NCBI GenBank assembly: GCA_016748015.1
Contig: JAAOMT010000328.1
Span: 636,955-700,954 of the forward strand
Direction: 5' to 3'
Length of the DNA: 64,000 nt
Source of the DNA: Geosiphon pyriformis uo1
Lineage: Eukaryota; Fungi; Glomeromycota
The notes beneath the pieces were generated by a model. The model searched no databases, had not been told where the DNA came from, and saw nothing but the letters and a program-made list of their open reading frames with translations. A program made the translations under genes and the position numbers. Shown in pieces: positions 1 to 13,580 of the stretch (its first letter is position 1; each line of letters starts with the position of its first letter).

Positions 1-1222
1 ATTTCCAAAAAACTTTTGCTATTATTACTTAGGACAAAATCTTAATATTCAGAATTTATATACAGACAAACCAAAATAATTGTTTAACATGACAATATTG
101 AATCAACTCAAACAATTTGTGAAAAAGAACAACTTATCTACATAGACACAAGCTATATACCAGTTATAAGCAAAATTTTAAGACTGATTAAAAATACTAC
201 TGCATTCAACAATGAACACAATAACTATTAATTAATTGGAAAGGATTACCAATACCCAATTCGAAAAATTACAGATCAAAATTTTCCAAATAATTTTCAA
301 AAAAAAAGTTAGAAAGTTAATCCAAAAAGAAGAGTTAAAAAAATTAAGAGATTTTGATAAAGCTTAATATTAAAAAGAGGAAATAATGTTACTTATAAAA
401 ATTTAAGAAGTCTTAATAAGAATATAAAATAACTAATTAGAGATAAATATAGTAAGAAAAAAATTTCAGAATTCCTTTCAAGAAATTACAGGATTTCAAG
501 AATTTCAGGATTCCTTTTAAAAAATTGTAGAATTCCAAGAATTTTAGGATTCTTCTTAAGAAATTACAGGATTTCTAACTAAAAGAATTAAAGAAATCTA
601 AGAAATCTCATATAATAGTAATTATATATATATAACAAGAGTATTAGAAGCAGAAAAGTAGAATTTTAATTAGAATTAATTTAATTATCCAATACTTTTC
701 TCTTCAAAAAATAGTTTTCTACAACTTGAAATAAAATCAATCACATATTAATAAAATATCAATTATTATATGAATTTATATTATTGTTGTTTAATTAAGA
801 AATATTAGTTGCTTTTATTCTATCAACATTTTATGTTAATAGAATTCAATACTTAACCACACTAGACCAATAGTACTTAATCACAGCTATTAACAGGATA
901 TTAATTTTTTATTTTTTTTTATTTTTTTTATTTTTTTATTTTATTTTGTTGTTTATTAATTAATTAAAAAATTAATGTGCAGAGTTATTAACATCAAAAA
1001 AGACTGGTAAAAAACCCAGAAATAAGAGTAAAAACTCAAAATTTGAAGATAGCTTATCAGAAAGAACCAACAATCAAGCTGAAAAAAAAATTCATGAAAT
1101 ACACTTCTAGAAGAATATTAAAACAATTATTGAATCTTTGTCCCTTATACAAAAAATTTAACCAAAATCTTTAAATCACAAAAACTTTCAGATATTACCA
1201 CCAAGCACCAGTTATTAATCAC
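1..1222 (+). mobile_element. 3' end of Ty3/Gypsy element A1: ORF3 remnant, PPT and 3' LTR (387-1222, interrupted by element B)
   Basis: 1-386 aligns with ~62190-62569. The purine tract aaaagaggaaataa is followed by TGTT at 387. The LTR aligns with 53504-54422 and 62570-63454. Confidence 0.9.
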
Positions 1223-2198
1223 TGTTATACTTAGAAAAGAAAAAAATAATACATAATAGAAAAAAAAAACACATGATTATCAATTAGCCAATTAAAATAG
1301 AAGAAGAAAAAAAAGGATTTTTCAGGAAATTCTGAATATTTTAGGAAATTCAGGATTAATCAAGAAATCCAAGCTATTTCAGAAAAGTTGAGGATTTTTC
1401 AGGAAATTTTAGATGTTTCAAAAAATCAAAGATTTTGCAGAAAATCTAGCAAAAGAAAAAAAATTTCTCATGTAAAGAGAATTATGTATATATAGTAGTA
1501 GTATTAGAAGCAGAAAAGACAAATCTTTTAGTTTTGATTTCCTTTTCTATCTATTTCCTAATTACTTCAAAGATAGTTCATATTTACTAAAATGAAATTA
1601 TCAAATTATCAATAAAATATTTATCTACATTCAATTTATGTTGTTATCATTTGATTGAAAAATATTTATCAAAACTCTAATTATTAATACTTTATGTTGA
1701 TAGCTGTTGATACTTAACCACACTAGAATAATAGCTCTTGATCATGACTATTAATGAGATACTAATTTTTCTATTGTCTTGGCTTAATTTTCTTGATTTC
1801 TTTTATTTTCTTTCTTTGTTTTTTTTCTTCTTTTATTTTTTGTTTATTGTTGTTTACTAATTAATTAAAGATTAAGCACTAAGTTACAAACATTATAGGG
1901 ACTGGTAAAAGACCTGTGAAACAAAGATAAAACACTCATAGAATTAAAAATAGCTTACCAAAATAATTGCTGACCATTATGCTGAAAAAAAAATTCGATG
2001 CAATTGCAATTCCAGAAAGCTATAAGGAAAAACAATACTTGAATCTCTGTTCATTATACAAAAAACTTAACCAAAGCCTTCAAACAACCAAAACTTTCAG
2101 ATTACTATAACTTTCAGATATCACCATTATATCAGCTATTAAGCACCAAGTTACAGATTTGTTATTTGATTTGAGACTCCAAATAATTACTTGTAACA
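1223..2198 (+). repeat. 5' LTR of element B
   Basis: tgttatacttag...ttgtaaca, a direct repeat of 10283-11239. Confidence 0.93.
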
Positions 2199-2261
2199 TT
2201 TAGTGCTCTCTATAAGGTATAATCCTACAAAAAACCAGTACCAATACACAGCCAGTTAAAA

Positions 2262-5200
2262 GTGGCAGAATCAGAAATAATAGAGACAAACCATTTAGAA
2301 TTTGCCAAATTCTTATTTCAATACTATAGCCAATACTTGGAATTAAACAACAACTATTATCCAGTAGAATCTGTCTTCAATTTTTATGTTAATAAAAGAA
2401 TCAAAGATTTTCTAAGAGAACCAGTTGACATCAAAGCAGCAAGAAAAAATTTCTATACAGAATTAATTCAACATACTAGCTTACTATGAAATCATAGTTT
2501 TGCACCAATCATTTGTAAGATCAATCAAGAAATTGAAAAGTACACTCAACAACAATTTCTTATTACCTATATGGATAAAGACAAAAAAAAACTACAAACA
2601 CCAACAGTAACACTCAAAGGAATACAACCACTCACTTGGAAAAAAACCAGAGTCAAATTACCAATTAATTTATCATACTATTATACACCCAGAAGTGTTA
2701 TCAACATCTTATCAGCAAACATGTCAACATCAAATGTAAAATCATTATTAATTTAACTTCTATTTTAAAATAAACAAAAAAAAACAAAGTTATTAGGAAC
2801 CTATGGTGATTACTTTAAAGGATTCAAATTGTAATCACCAATGTTATCAGGATTTTGATTACTGCTACCTTAACCAAATTTCAGAACTATAAGTTCTTGA
2901 AAAGTATTGGAACTGAAAGAAAAAAAAAGAATTTAATTATCAAAACCCAATTGTAGAAAACCTGAAAATTGAAACTCTGAATATTTAAACTCAGCAAAAT
3001 TAGAATAATTTCAATCTTAATACTATTAATCAACACTTACCTCCAGTAATTGTAATTAATCAACCACCAATTGAACTAATAACCAAACCACTATAACAGC
3101 CAATACAATCATTACAATCATTACAACCACAACAACAATCACACCAATCTGTAATCACTCCAATAGTCTATGCACTTATTGCCAAAATTGAGAAATTCAC
3201 TAACAAAGAAGATAATGCTTAAGTATGGCTCAACAACATGAAAAAAACATTACAGCCAATAGATAGAATGACACTAGAGCACTACAGACAATCTCATATT
3301 TTCTAAAAGATACTGCTGATTCATGATATCAAAGCCTGATCCAAAAACCCCAGGACTTCAATGCATTCAAAGTGGAATTCTTGAGATATTTCAACAATAA
3401 TAACAGCATTAATTGCTTAGCAATTGCCTTTACCACTATTAAGCAAAGAGAAATGGAAACAGTTACCACTTATTTGGGACACTTTTATAGAAATTTGTGC
3501 CAAATCTAAGCAGTTGATGCCAACTATTTCACAGTATCACAAATTTTGAACCAGTTTATCCATGGTTTGCACAGCAGCATCTTTTAGCAAGTATGTCTAT
3601 TACATCCAGCAAACCTTCAAGCTGTAGTCACCCATGCCAAAGATTTTAAAACAGCTGAACTCAAAGCTAACCATGCCCAAACTATTAATCTAATAATGAA
3701 CAGATCATCTAAATTGGATTTCAAATTAAAACAATTCAGTGATTTAATCAACCAAAAATTGGAAGAGTACTTAGCTAACAATCAGACAATTTATTAATTT
3801 CCACAATAATGCAATAATCAAGGAAATACAAATTGCTTTCAAAGTCAGTTACATCTGTTATCATCAACAAATCAACAGTAACAACAAAAAACATGTATAT
3901 ATCACTATTGTAGTAAACAAGGACACTTAAAAATCAATTGCCAATTACAGATAGATAATCAACAATTGGAAAATCAATATTAAAACCCTAATTGCCAGGT
4001 TCAAATTCTGAATTATTACCCAAATCAAGATCACTATTTACCCTATTATACCCAAATAATGTACCAGTCAATTTATTAACCACTGGTATATCAAACTTCA
4101 GCACTTGTAATCTATCAATCACAGTCCCAAATTATTTATCAAACTCCTCCAATTTAAACACTGCCCCAAAACCCAGCTCTAATATCACCTGAAAACCAAA
4201 GACCCAGAATAACTCAACAAAACTGGAGATCAATAATGGTAGTCCATCAACTGATTCCCAGTTTTTCCAATCAAGCATCAAAATCATGTTCTTGAAGTTC
4301 AAAAACTGTATATGCCCAAAACCCAAATTCTCAATATTATTTAAGTTTTCTGGTTACTTCAGAAGATGTCTTATCTAGTAACCAAGAACCCAACCAGAAG
4401 CAGTCACTTACCAGCAATATCTCACCAGCAGCCAGTACTAAAGACAAATTACTTGCTGCCATATTCTCTTTTGAATTTAAAGAAATTACATTAGTCTTAT
4501 TATTTAGTGGAGCTGCTCTTGACACTAAACTCATTACTGCCATGTATATGAATGCCAAAGTTGATGGCCAATCTATCAAACTCATTTTTGATAGCAGACA
4601 GCATCATTACATGACAACTCATGAACCAATTAGATTGCCAAGTTGATTGCATTGCTAGCATCAGAATTATTATAGCAGATGGAGCTATTAAAACTCCAAT
4701 TGACAAAATTGATGACTTCTTATTCAAAATCAATGGCATCATTATACCCATTAAAATATTAGTAATGGAAGCCATTCAGTATTAAGCTTTAGTTGGTAAT
4801 AATTGGTTGTTCAAGACAAATGCTGTACTCAATTGGATCACTTAAAAATTACAGCTCAATCAGAATGGCCAGCATATGCAAGTACCAGCAATGTGTGGTC
4901 ACTTCAAGACCATTAATACATCAGCTCCACTTATTGAGTTTAACCAAGAAGAAAAAAAACCAACTTGAGAAGCTTACCAAATTTTGTGGACTGACAAAGA
5001 CCATAACAAGTTGCCACTAATACTCTTGTGAGATAACAAAGAGAAGAGAAAAGAAGAAGATATACTTGAAAAAACCACAGCCACCAAAAAAATAGATAGT
5101 AGTTGAGAAAGATCATACTTAACTGACACTAGACCAAAACCATTATATATACCATTAAAATATAAAGACTATAAGAAAAAGCTGTCCTCCATAAAAGCTT

Positions 5201-8200
5201 GGATTGCATCCAATAAAGACTATTAGATGCAAACCCATTATTACTGCAAACCATGTTATAGAAAATGCTACAGTTACTCTAAATGTCAAGAAAAGTGAGA
5301 CAATAAATCATGTTTCATTTGTGTAAAGCAGTTGCTTAATGAAAGAATATAGAATGACATTTCTGGTCAAGAAGAAATGTGCGACATTTCATGTCAATAC
5401 ATGATACTTATAAGTGATTGGGTAAGTTGTGGAACACTCATTAATGCAGCATGACAATAAACAATCTTTTGCTTGGACAGCTATCCACACAACAAAGACG
5501 AAATTTGGAAAATAGTGAATGCCAAAGTTGAAGACATATTGCCCAGTAAAATCCTAAAAATTAAGAACAATTTACCAGAACCAGTAGAAATAATTCACAT
5601 TTTCAACTCTAATGCTTTTCTGGATATTAAAACTGGTTCAGAAGAATTTTATGACTACTACCAAAATTTAGCACCAACTAAAAAAGAGCAAGAACAACAT
5701 TTAAAACAACTAAATATCTGATTATGTGATTATTGTTTGATTCCATGTGACTTTCAATATTGTAATGAGTGTGATATTATTTACAATCTACCAATTTCCA
5801 TAATCTACACAATCTCTGAAGAGAAAAAACCAATTAGTAGTTGCACATCAGAATTGGAATTACTATTCAATCCTGATTCAAACTCCAACAACAAAGATGA
5901 TAACAACAGTTCCAGCTCTATTCAAAATGGCAATAACAATAATAATAATTCAAACTCTAATTTGAATTCCAAACAATATATCATGCTCTCCAATTTTTTT
6001 AAGAAACAAAAACTAAGATGGTTCAGTAATAATAATGAAGGTATTATGTCAGAATGTGCATATAATACTAATACAAGATTTAATCTAAGATATCCAAGAA
6101 AAACAGCCATCAAATTAGAACTATATTTGCACACTTGTATTGATTTCAAAGTAGCACTAGAAATTCTAGTTACAATAATAATTTAATTAGCATTTAAAAG
6201 TAGTTTAACAAAAAAAAGAATCAACATCAGAGGAGAAATAATTAATACAGAATATGTAGAAAATATCATTACAATGCTACAAAATGACTCAGAAAAAAAA
6301 TATATTATTGAACTAAATGAAAAGATAGCACAGACAATATTTCTACCTCTGGTAAAAATAGTTCAGTTAGTATTAATAAGAAAAAAGGAAAAATTAGGGA
6401 TAACAACAAGAGAGATAAATGGATTTGGATCCATGAGTAGAATAAACATACCAATTAATATAGCAAAAAAAAAAATTGTTGACAAGAGAGAAATTATCTT
6501 CACTTATTAATTAATTTCTATTCTGTCATATAATCAGTACATGTTAGTCATAGAAAAGAAAAGAAAAAATCAGGCTTAAATGTTTGAAGCAGAAGCTACA
6601 ATTTGTGAATCAAAAAAAATTGAACTCACTAATCTTTACATATCAGCCAAAAGCTCTAAACACATCAAAATTCCCATCTACAATACAATAGAAGATGTTA
6701 TTAAAATACCAAAAAAAACCACTATTAGATATTTAAGTATTGAAATTGATAATTAAACACCAAACACCATTCCAGATTTTCCACAACTGTGTATATATAT
6801 AGACATTACATCACAAACAATATATGGACAAGAGAAATGTTATTTGCTCCAACCAGAACAATTGGAACAAATAAATTTGGGAAAGCTAGATCTGTTATAA
6901 TAAATGCAACTCAAAATGTTACTTAACAATTTTACTAACATCTTTGCCAGTGAAAATAAATTTGGCAGAACTGACATTATTCAACATCAAATCAAGACTG
7001 AAAATACAATGCCAATTAAGCAAAGAGCATATTGAATACCACCAACAAGTTATGAAATCATCCAACAGAAATTCAATCAGATGTTAAATAATGGGTTAAT
7101 TCAACCATGAATAAGTTCATGGTCTTTACCAGTTGTATTAGTTTGAAAAAAGAATGAGAAAATTCGGTTTTGCATAGATTACCAAAAACTTAATAGAGTA
7201 ACAAAAAAAGATAGCTATTTAACTCCAAAGATCCAAGAACTTTTCGATACATTTGGAGAAAAAAAATGGTTTTTAATGCTAGACTTGAATAGCAGTTATT
7301 GGCAAGTAGCCATAAATTCAGCCAATAAAAAAAAAACTGTATTCACAACAAAAAAAAAAATTTTGAGTTTGAAGTAATGCCATTTGGCTTAATAAATACT
7401 CCAATAACATTTCAATGGCTCATGAAAATTATCTATACTGAACTGTTATGGAAATCAGTAGTTGTATATTTGGATAATACCAATGTATTTTCAAAGACAT
7501 TTGATAACCATTTTTATTATCTACAATAAGTACTTGAAAGATTAAAAAGATCAAAGCTAAAGTTAAATGCCAACAAATGTTTCTTTGAAAAAACTGAACT
7601 CAAGTTTTTGAAACATGTTGTAAGTAAAGATAGCATCAAAACAAATCCAAACAAAATTGAAATTGTTAAAAACTTTTTAGTACCAACTAATCTCCCAGAA
7701 TTAAAAGCATTTTTGGAATTCACTGGATATTACTGTCACTTTATTCAAAATTTTTCCAAATTGGCCCAACTATTCTACCAGCTTCAAGCAAAGAATATTA
7801 AATACAAATAGAAAGAGGAACAACAAAAAGCATTAGACACATTAAGAAAAAAGCTTATTTAAGCTCTAATGCTGATATATTTGGATTACAGTAAACCATT
7901 TATTATTACCACAGATGCATCAGGCCAAGCATTAAAAGCTATGTTATCTCAGAAAAAACCAGACAGACGAGAACACCCAGTAGCATATGCCAGCAAAAAT
8001 TTGAGTTTAGCTGAAAAGAACTATAGAACTCTAGCACTAGAACACTTAGCTATTTATTAGGCTGTCATCAAATGGAAAAAATACTTGAATTAAAAGTTTG
8101 ACATATACACTGATTACAAAAGATTGATTTCAATCCAGAAACAAAAATTCAGAGATAATCATCATGCAAGATAGAAAATAAAGCTTTTACCATTTAATTA

Positions 8201-8270
8201 TACAGTATATTATAAAAAAAGAAAAAAAAATGGAAATGCTAATAGTTTGTCATAAATGAAACAAATCTAA
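2262..8270 (+). pseudogene. Element B gag-PR-Cys-rich-dUTPase-RT-RNase H ORF, with many nonsense mutations
   Basis: ORF fragments AESEIIETNHLEFAK, EKIAQ...GFGSM (dUTPase) and PFIITTDASG...PVAYAS (RNase H), collinear with element C. Confidence 0.9.
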
Positions 8271-8298
8271 ACATTTTAACTCAAAAATATAACAAAAA

Positions 8299-10267
8299 AT
8301 AAATACACAAAAATATCAACAAATTCAATATTATATTAATACTCAGCAATTCAAAGAGAAATTATCTCAAAAGGAACAAAACAACATAAAACAACAATCA
8401 AAATTTTTTATCACTCACCAAAATATATTATATCTAAAAAACAGAAAGAATCCAAATCAACCACTTAGAGTAATTACAGAACCAGAGAAAGAAATAATAC
8501 TATTTAATATGCACTCAAATCTAATAGCAGGATATTTTTATAAAGAAATAACCATTAAAAAAACCAGAAAAAGATACTATTGGCCATCAATGTATCCAGA
8601 CATTATCCAATATGTTTAAAATTGTGATGCTTGTTAGAGAAGAAGAGAAATAAGATTCAATGAGCCATTAAGACTAATTAAAGTAGGACAACTATTTGAT
8701 TGTATTGGAATTGACTTAGTCAGACCATTAACAATAACCAGTAGAGGAAATAGATATATTGCAGTAGCCATAAATTATCTCACTAAATGGCCAGAAACAA
8801 AAGCAATCTAAAGAGCAGATGCAGAATCTATTGTTAAATTTGTTTATTAAGACTTAATATGTTGATATAAATGTTCAAAAGAATTATTATTAGACCAAGA
8901 AACTTACTTTGTGAACAGAACTAAGTCAAAAATTTGAAATTAAATGACCACTATCATTATTATATTATCCAATGGCTTAGTTGAAAAATTCAATAGAATA
9001 CTGTGTAATGCAATTACTAAAATCAGTCAGGAAAACCAGGATAAATGATATTTGTTTATATTATCAGTACTATTTGCTTATTGAATAATGAAATAAGACA
9101 TTACACAAGCAACACTATTTGAATTAATATATGGTAGAACAGCAATATTACCAGTTAAAATAGAAGTTAAGACATATTCAATTAAACCAATAACAGAAGA
9201 CAATTTCCAAGAAACATTGTTAAGAAGAACATATAACTTAATAGAAATATTAGAAAACAAATGATGAAGAGCAGCTGATAACATTCAAAAGTCACAAAAA
9301 AAACAAAAAAAATGACATAATAACCAACTACCAAATAAACCAGAGTATTTTTATATCATACCAAAACAAAAAAACAATGGAGTGAAAAATTTGATCTCAA
9401 ATAAGACAGACCATTTCACATAGAAAAAATTCTAGGGAATGGAGCTTATAAATTAACATGGGACAACAAAATTTTAACCAAAGCAACACATAGTAATTGA
9501 CTAAAACCATATCACAATATAGTATTATTATTTACCAATAATATTCCACAACTGAGAGTACAAAAAACACTAGTGAGACCAGATAAAATTCCACAAAATC
9601 TGGAATCAATTATACATATTGAAACAAAACATGTTGATTTGATTTACCAAAACAATATATAAGAAACCAAAACACACAACAATAATAACAGAAAAATGAA
9701 AATTCCAGACAATATTTACCAATTAGCACAACAATTATTTCAAACCATAAATTAACAACAAACAAACATAGAAATAACGATCAATTATTAAACTATCTAC
9801 TATAAAAACACTAAAAAAGAAAGGAAAAAGACTATACTATATTAACAAACACACAAAAAAATTAGCAATAATATTGACAAAATTGTTAAGAAAGAAAAAA
9901 CACTCTCAAAAAACCAGTTGTTATTGTCCAACCAGGAGAAGTAATAACAAAAAATTGGGATAAATAAATAAAACAATTTCCAGTTTTATATTGCTATTAG
10001 CATTTGAGACAAAAATTTATTGGAAAAAAATCTAATTTGGGTATATATATTAAAATTATTTACCAAATATACATTATCTTTTAAAATTATCCAAAGATAC
10101 TATTACAACCAAAAATCAGTAGCTTATCTGTTAATCAATAAAGAAAAATGACCAACAGTCAGTTTGAAGAACTTTATGGAAAAATAGAGAAATTAATCTT
10201 AGAAAAAGAAGTTATAGAATTATTACAAGAAAGAATATTAAGAGATTTTAACAGAGCTTAATATTAA
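8299..10267 (+). pseudogene. Element B integrase (to ~9660) and ORF3 (9696-10267) remnants
   Basis: YYWP, GIDLV and LTKWPE integrase motifs; ORF3 starts MKIPDN and is homologous to element C ORF3. Confidence 0.85.
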
Positions 10268-10282
10268 AAAAAGAGAAGATAA

Positions 10283-11239
10283 TATTACACTTAGAAAAGA
10301 GAAAAATAATACATAATAGAAAAAAAAAACACATAATTATAAATTAGCCAATTAAAATAGAAAAAGAGAAAAAAAAATTTTTTAAGAAATCCAGAATTAG
10401 TCAAAAAATCCAAGATATTTCAAAAAAGTTGAAGATTTTTCAGGAAATCTTAGATGTTTCAGAAAATCAAAAATTTTGCAAGAAATCTACCAAAAGAAAA
10501 AAAATTTCTCATGTAAAGAGAATTATGTATATATAGTAATAGTATTAAAAGCAAAAAAGACAGATTTCTTAGTTTTGACTTCTCTTCTTATCTATTCCCT
10601 AATCACTTCAAGAATAGTTCATATTCACTAAAGTAAAATTATCAAATTATCAATAAAATACTTATCTACATCTAATTTATATTGTTATCATTTAATTGAG
10701 AAATATTCATCAAAACTCTAATTATTAATACTTTATGTTGATAGCTGTTAATACTTAATCACACTGGAACAATAGCTTTTGATTACAGCTATTAATAGGA
10801 TACTAACTTTTCTATTGCTTTGGCTTAATTTTCTTGATTTTTTTTATTTTATTTTTTTATTTTTTCTCTTTTTTTATTTTTTGTTTATTGTTGTTTACTA
10901 ATTAATTAAGGATTAAGTGCTAAGTTACAGATGTCATAGGAACTGGTAAAAAACCCATGAAACAAGAATAAAACACTCATAAAATTGAGAATAACTTACC
11001 AAAAGAATTGTTGGCCACCATGTTAAGAAAAAAATTTGATGGAATTGTAATTCCAGGAAGTTACAGAGAAAAGCAATACTTAAATTTCTGTTCATTATAC
11101 AAAAAACTCAACCAAAGCTTTCAGACAACCAAAATCTTCAAATCACTATAACTTTCAGATATTATTATTATATCAGCTATTAAGCACCAAATTATGGGTT
11201 TGTTATTTGATTTGAGACCCCAAATAATTACCTATAACA
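10283..11239 (+). repeat. 3' LTR of element B
   Basis: Follows the PPT aaagagaagataa; direct repeat of 1223-2198. Confidence 0.93.
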
Positions 11240-11243
11240 TCAC

Positions 11244-11294
11244 CAAGTTATGGATTTGTTATTTGTTTTATACTTTAAATAAACACTTGTAATA
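11244..11294 (+). repeat. Remaining 3' tip of LTR A1 after the element B insertion
   Basis: caagttatggatttgttatttg...tgtaata continues the LTR A sequence broken at 1222 (compare 63404-63454). Confidence 0.85.
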
Positions 11295-11960
11295 GCATCT
11301 TAATTCTTATATGGCAGCTTAATACACAAACAAATAAACTGCTAATCTGTGCATATACTTAATAAAAGCACCATATGAAAAATTGTCTGTAGTAGTTAGA
11401 AAGTACTTATATAATTATAATTATTCAATTATTTTGTGTATATACTATAGTAAAATAAAATTTTTAAACTATAGTTTTATTTGCAGTTTGAATTTGTCTG
11501 CTTATTAGAATTTGTTAAATTAGTGTTTTTTTTTGTTGAAATTTTTTAACCAATACAGCTTTGATTTTATTTGTAGTTTTTCAATCATTAGTTTCATGTG
11601 TTTTTAATATAAGTTTGTATACAGTTTTGTGTAAGAGATTTGTGTTTGAAAATTAGTTGAAGAAAACCAAAACTTCTTTTAGAAATGTTAATTTTGCTGT
11701 GTTTAAGTTAATTAAATTTGTTTAAAATTTAATTATTAACCATAAAAAGTGGATTTAGATGCCTAATTTAAAGCTTTAAACTAATATAGATTATAAAACT
11801 TTATTAGATAAAATAGTTTCTTGTTTGATATTATTTACAGTTTTTTTGTTAAGATTTTAGATAATATTATTTAATTATTGGAAATTAAGAAGAGTTATGT
11901 TATTAGTTTTAATTCAAAAATAGGTTATTTGTTTTTTGTAAGTACAGTTAAGGAAGTTTT
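11295..11960 (+). mobile_element. Decayed 3' end of a LINE ORF2 (zf-RVT-like region)
   Basis: Aligns with 51969-52150+ of the better preserved LINE (HPDSHM...YLIKA...LPVAVRK..Y..VLC..C..DHSF.C). The right boundary is approximate. Confidence 0.7.
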
Positions 11961-13216
11961 AGTTAATATAATTACATAATATAATCTTAATTAGCTAGAT
12001 GACTGGTTATATATAATAAGTACATAAATTATATTTAATTTAAAATTCTAAATAATTATATTGTATTAAATAGTGATTAAATCTTATTTGTAATTGCAAT
12101 AAAAAAAAATAACTAAATATAATATTTAAATTATATAATATTTAGAAATTTGTTAAAATTAATTATTAAAATAATTTATAATTTACTAAAATATATATTT
12201 AATTTATTAAGATTAACAAAAAAAATATTAAAACTTAAAATAATATTATAATAAGTTGTATAAAAAAAGCTTTTTTTTTGAAAAAATATATATTATTTTA
12301 AATTTAAAACATTAATTAATTAGTTATAAACAAATTAATAAAATAAATTTTTATTTTAAAAACCAAATTTTTTTATAATATTATATTAAAACTTACAAAT
12401 TTTAAAATTAATTAATTACTAATTTTAGTAAACTATTTTAATTTATTCTAAATTTAAACAAAAAATGTTTTTCTTAAAAACACATTTTTATTATATTATT
12501 TATTTATTTTTTAAATTATTAAGTAGTTTATTATTAAAAGTTTTTATAAAAAGTTAATTTTTACTGCAAAATAATTATATATTATTAAAAAATCTACAAT
12601 TAAAGATCTTTATAAAAAATTAACTTTATTTATAAAGTAATTAAACAAAATAATTAACATAAAATTAACAATTTTATTATAAATTTAATAATATAAATAG
12701 TTTAAAATATAAAAAAATATTTTAAAAATAAATTAGCTTATTAAAAATTTAACAGTTTTTATTAACAATAAATTTAATAACAATTAGTATTAATTATATC
12801 AAAAAAACTTCTAATAATAATAAAATTATTTATAAAATTATTTATATAAAATTAATTATATTAAAATCTGAAAATACAGTATAATCAAAAATATTTAAAG
12901 AAAAACCAAATTAAAAAAATTATATTACATGGTTTTAAAATAAATAATACTTGAACATTTAAAGTTTATTTCATAAAAAAAATTTACTTATAAAATTTAC
13001 TAAAAAAAAAGAAAAATTATAATTAATAAAAAAATTTAACTTCAAATTATAAAGAACCAAAAAAAAAAAGTAAAAACTAAAAGAAAATTAAACTCATTTT
13101 TTAATTATTAGAGTAATTAATTTTATATAAAAAAGAATAATTTTACTTAGTAATAATTAATATTATTAAGTTTTTACTGATTTTAATTTCTTTCTTCTTA
13201 TTAAATAGATAAAAAC

Positions 13217-13220
<4 letters not shown>

Positions 13221-13248
<28 letters not shown>
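13221..13248. repeat. (ATT)n microsatellite
   Basis: Directly visible; similar tracts at ~20243-20273 and ~21826-21869. Confidence 0.8.
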
Positions 13249-13251
<3 letters not shown>

Positions 13252-13580
13252 TTTATGTATATATAAATTATAAAATATGTAAATTAAAAAATGCAAATTT
13301 TTAAACAACAATTTTTAAAGTTTATGACAAATAAATAATTAATAATTTGTAATATAAACCTATAAATCTTGTTTGTTAGTTTTTAATAAACTAAATAAAT
13401 ATAATATCTAATGATTAACAATAATTGAACTGTTAAATTATTTAATCATATTATTTTCCAGTTAATTATTCTTTAGTTAATCATTTTTAATCACTTTTAA
13501 TCACATTAGAAAAATCAGTATAAAATTCTTCATTTTTTATATGATGTAAACGATGATGACACATCTAATATTTAGGTGCT

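Larger units (their letters stand above)
1223..11239 (+). mobile_element. Full-length degenerate Ty3/Gypsy LTR retrotransposon B, nested in LTR A1
   Basis: LTRs at 1223-2198 and 10283-11239 with TG..CA-type ends. 4-bp TSD TCAC at 1219-1222 and 11240-11243. PBS at 2199, PPT before 10283. Remnants of gag, CCHC knuckle, PR, dUTPase, RT (YLDN ~7467), RNase H and integrase. Confidence 0.95.

Noticed and set aside
11960-13500. Possible genes or organellar insertion in AT-rich DNA (also 21430-25200)
   Set aside because: No ORFs, tRNA or rRNA signatures are recognisable; best explained as eroded repeats.
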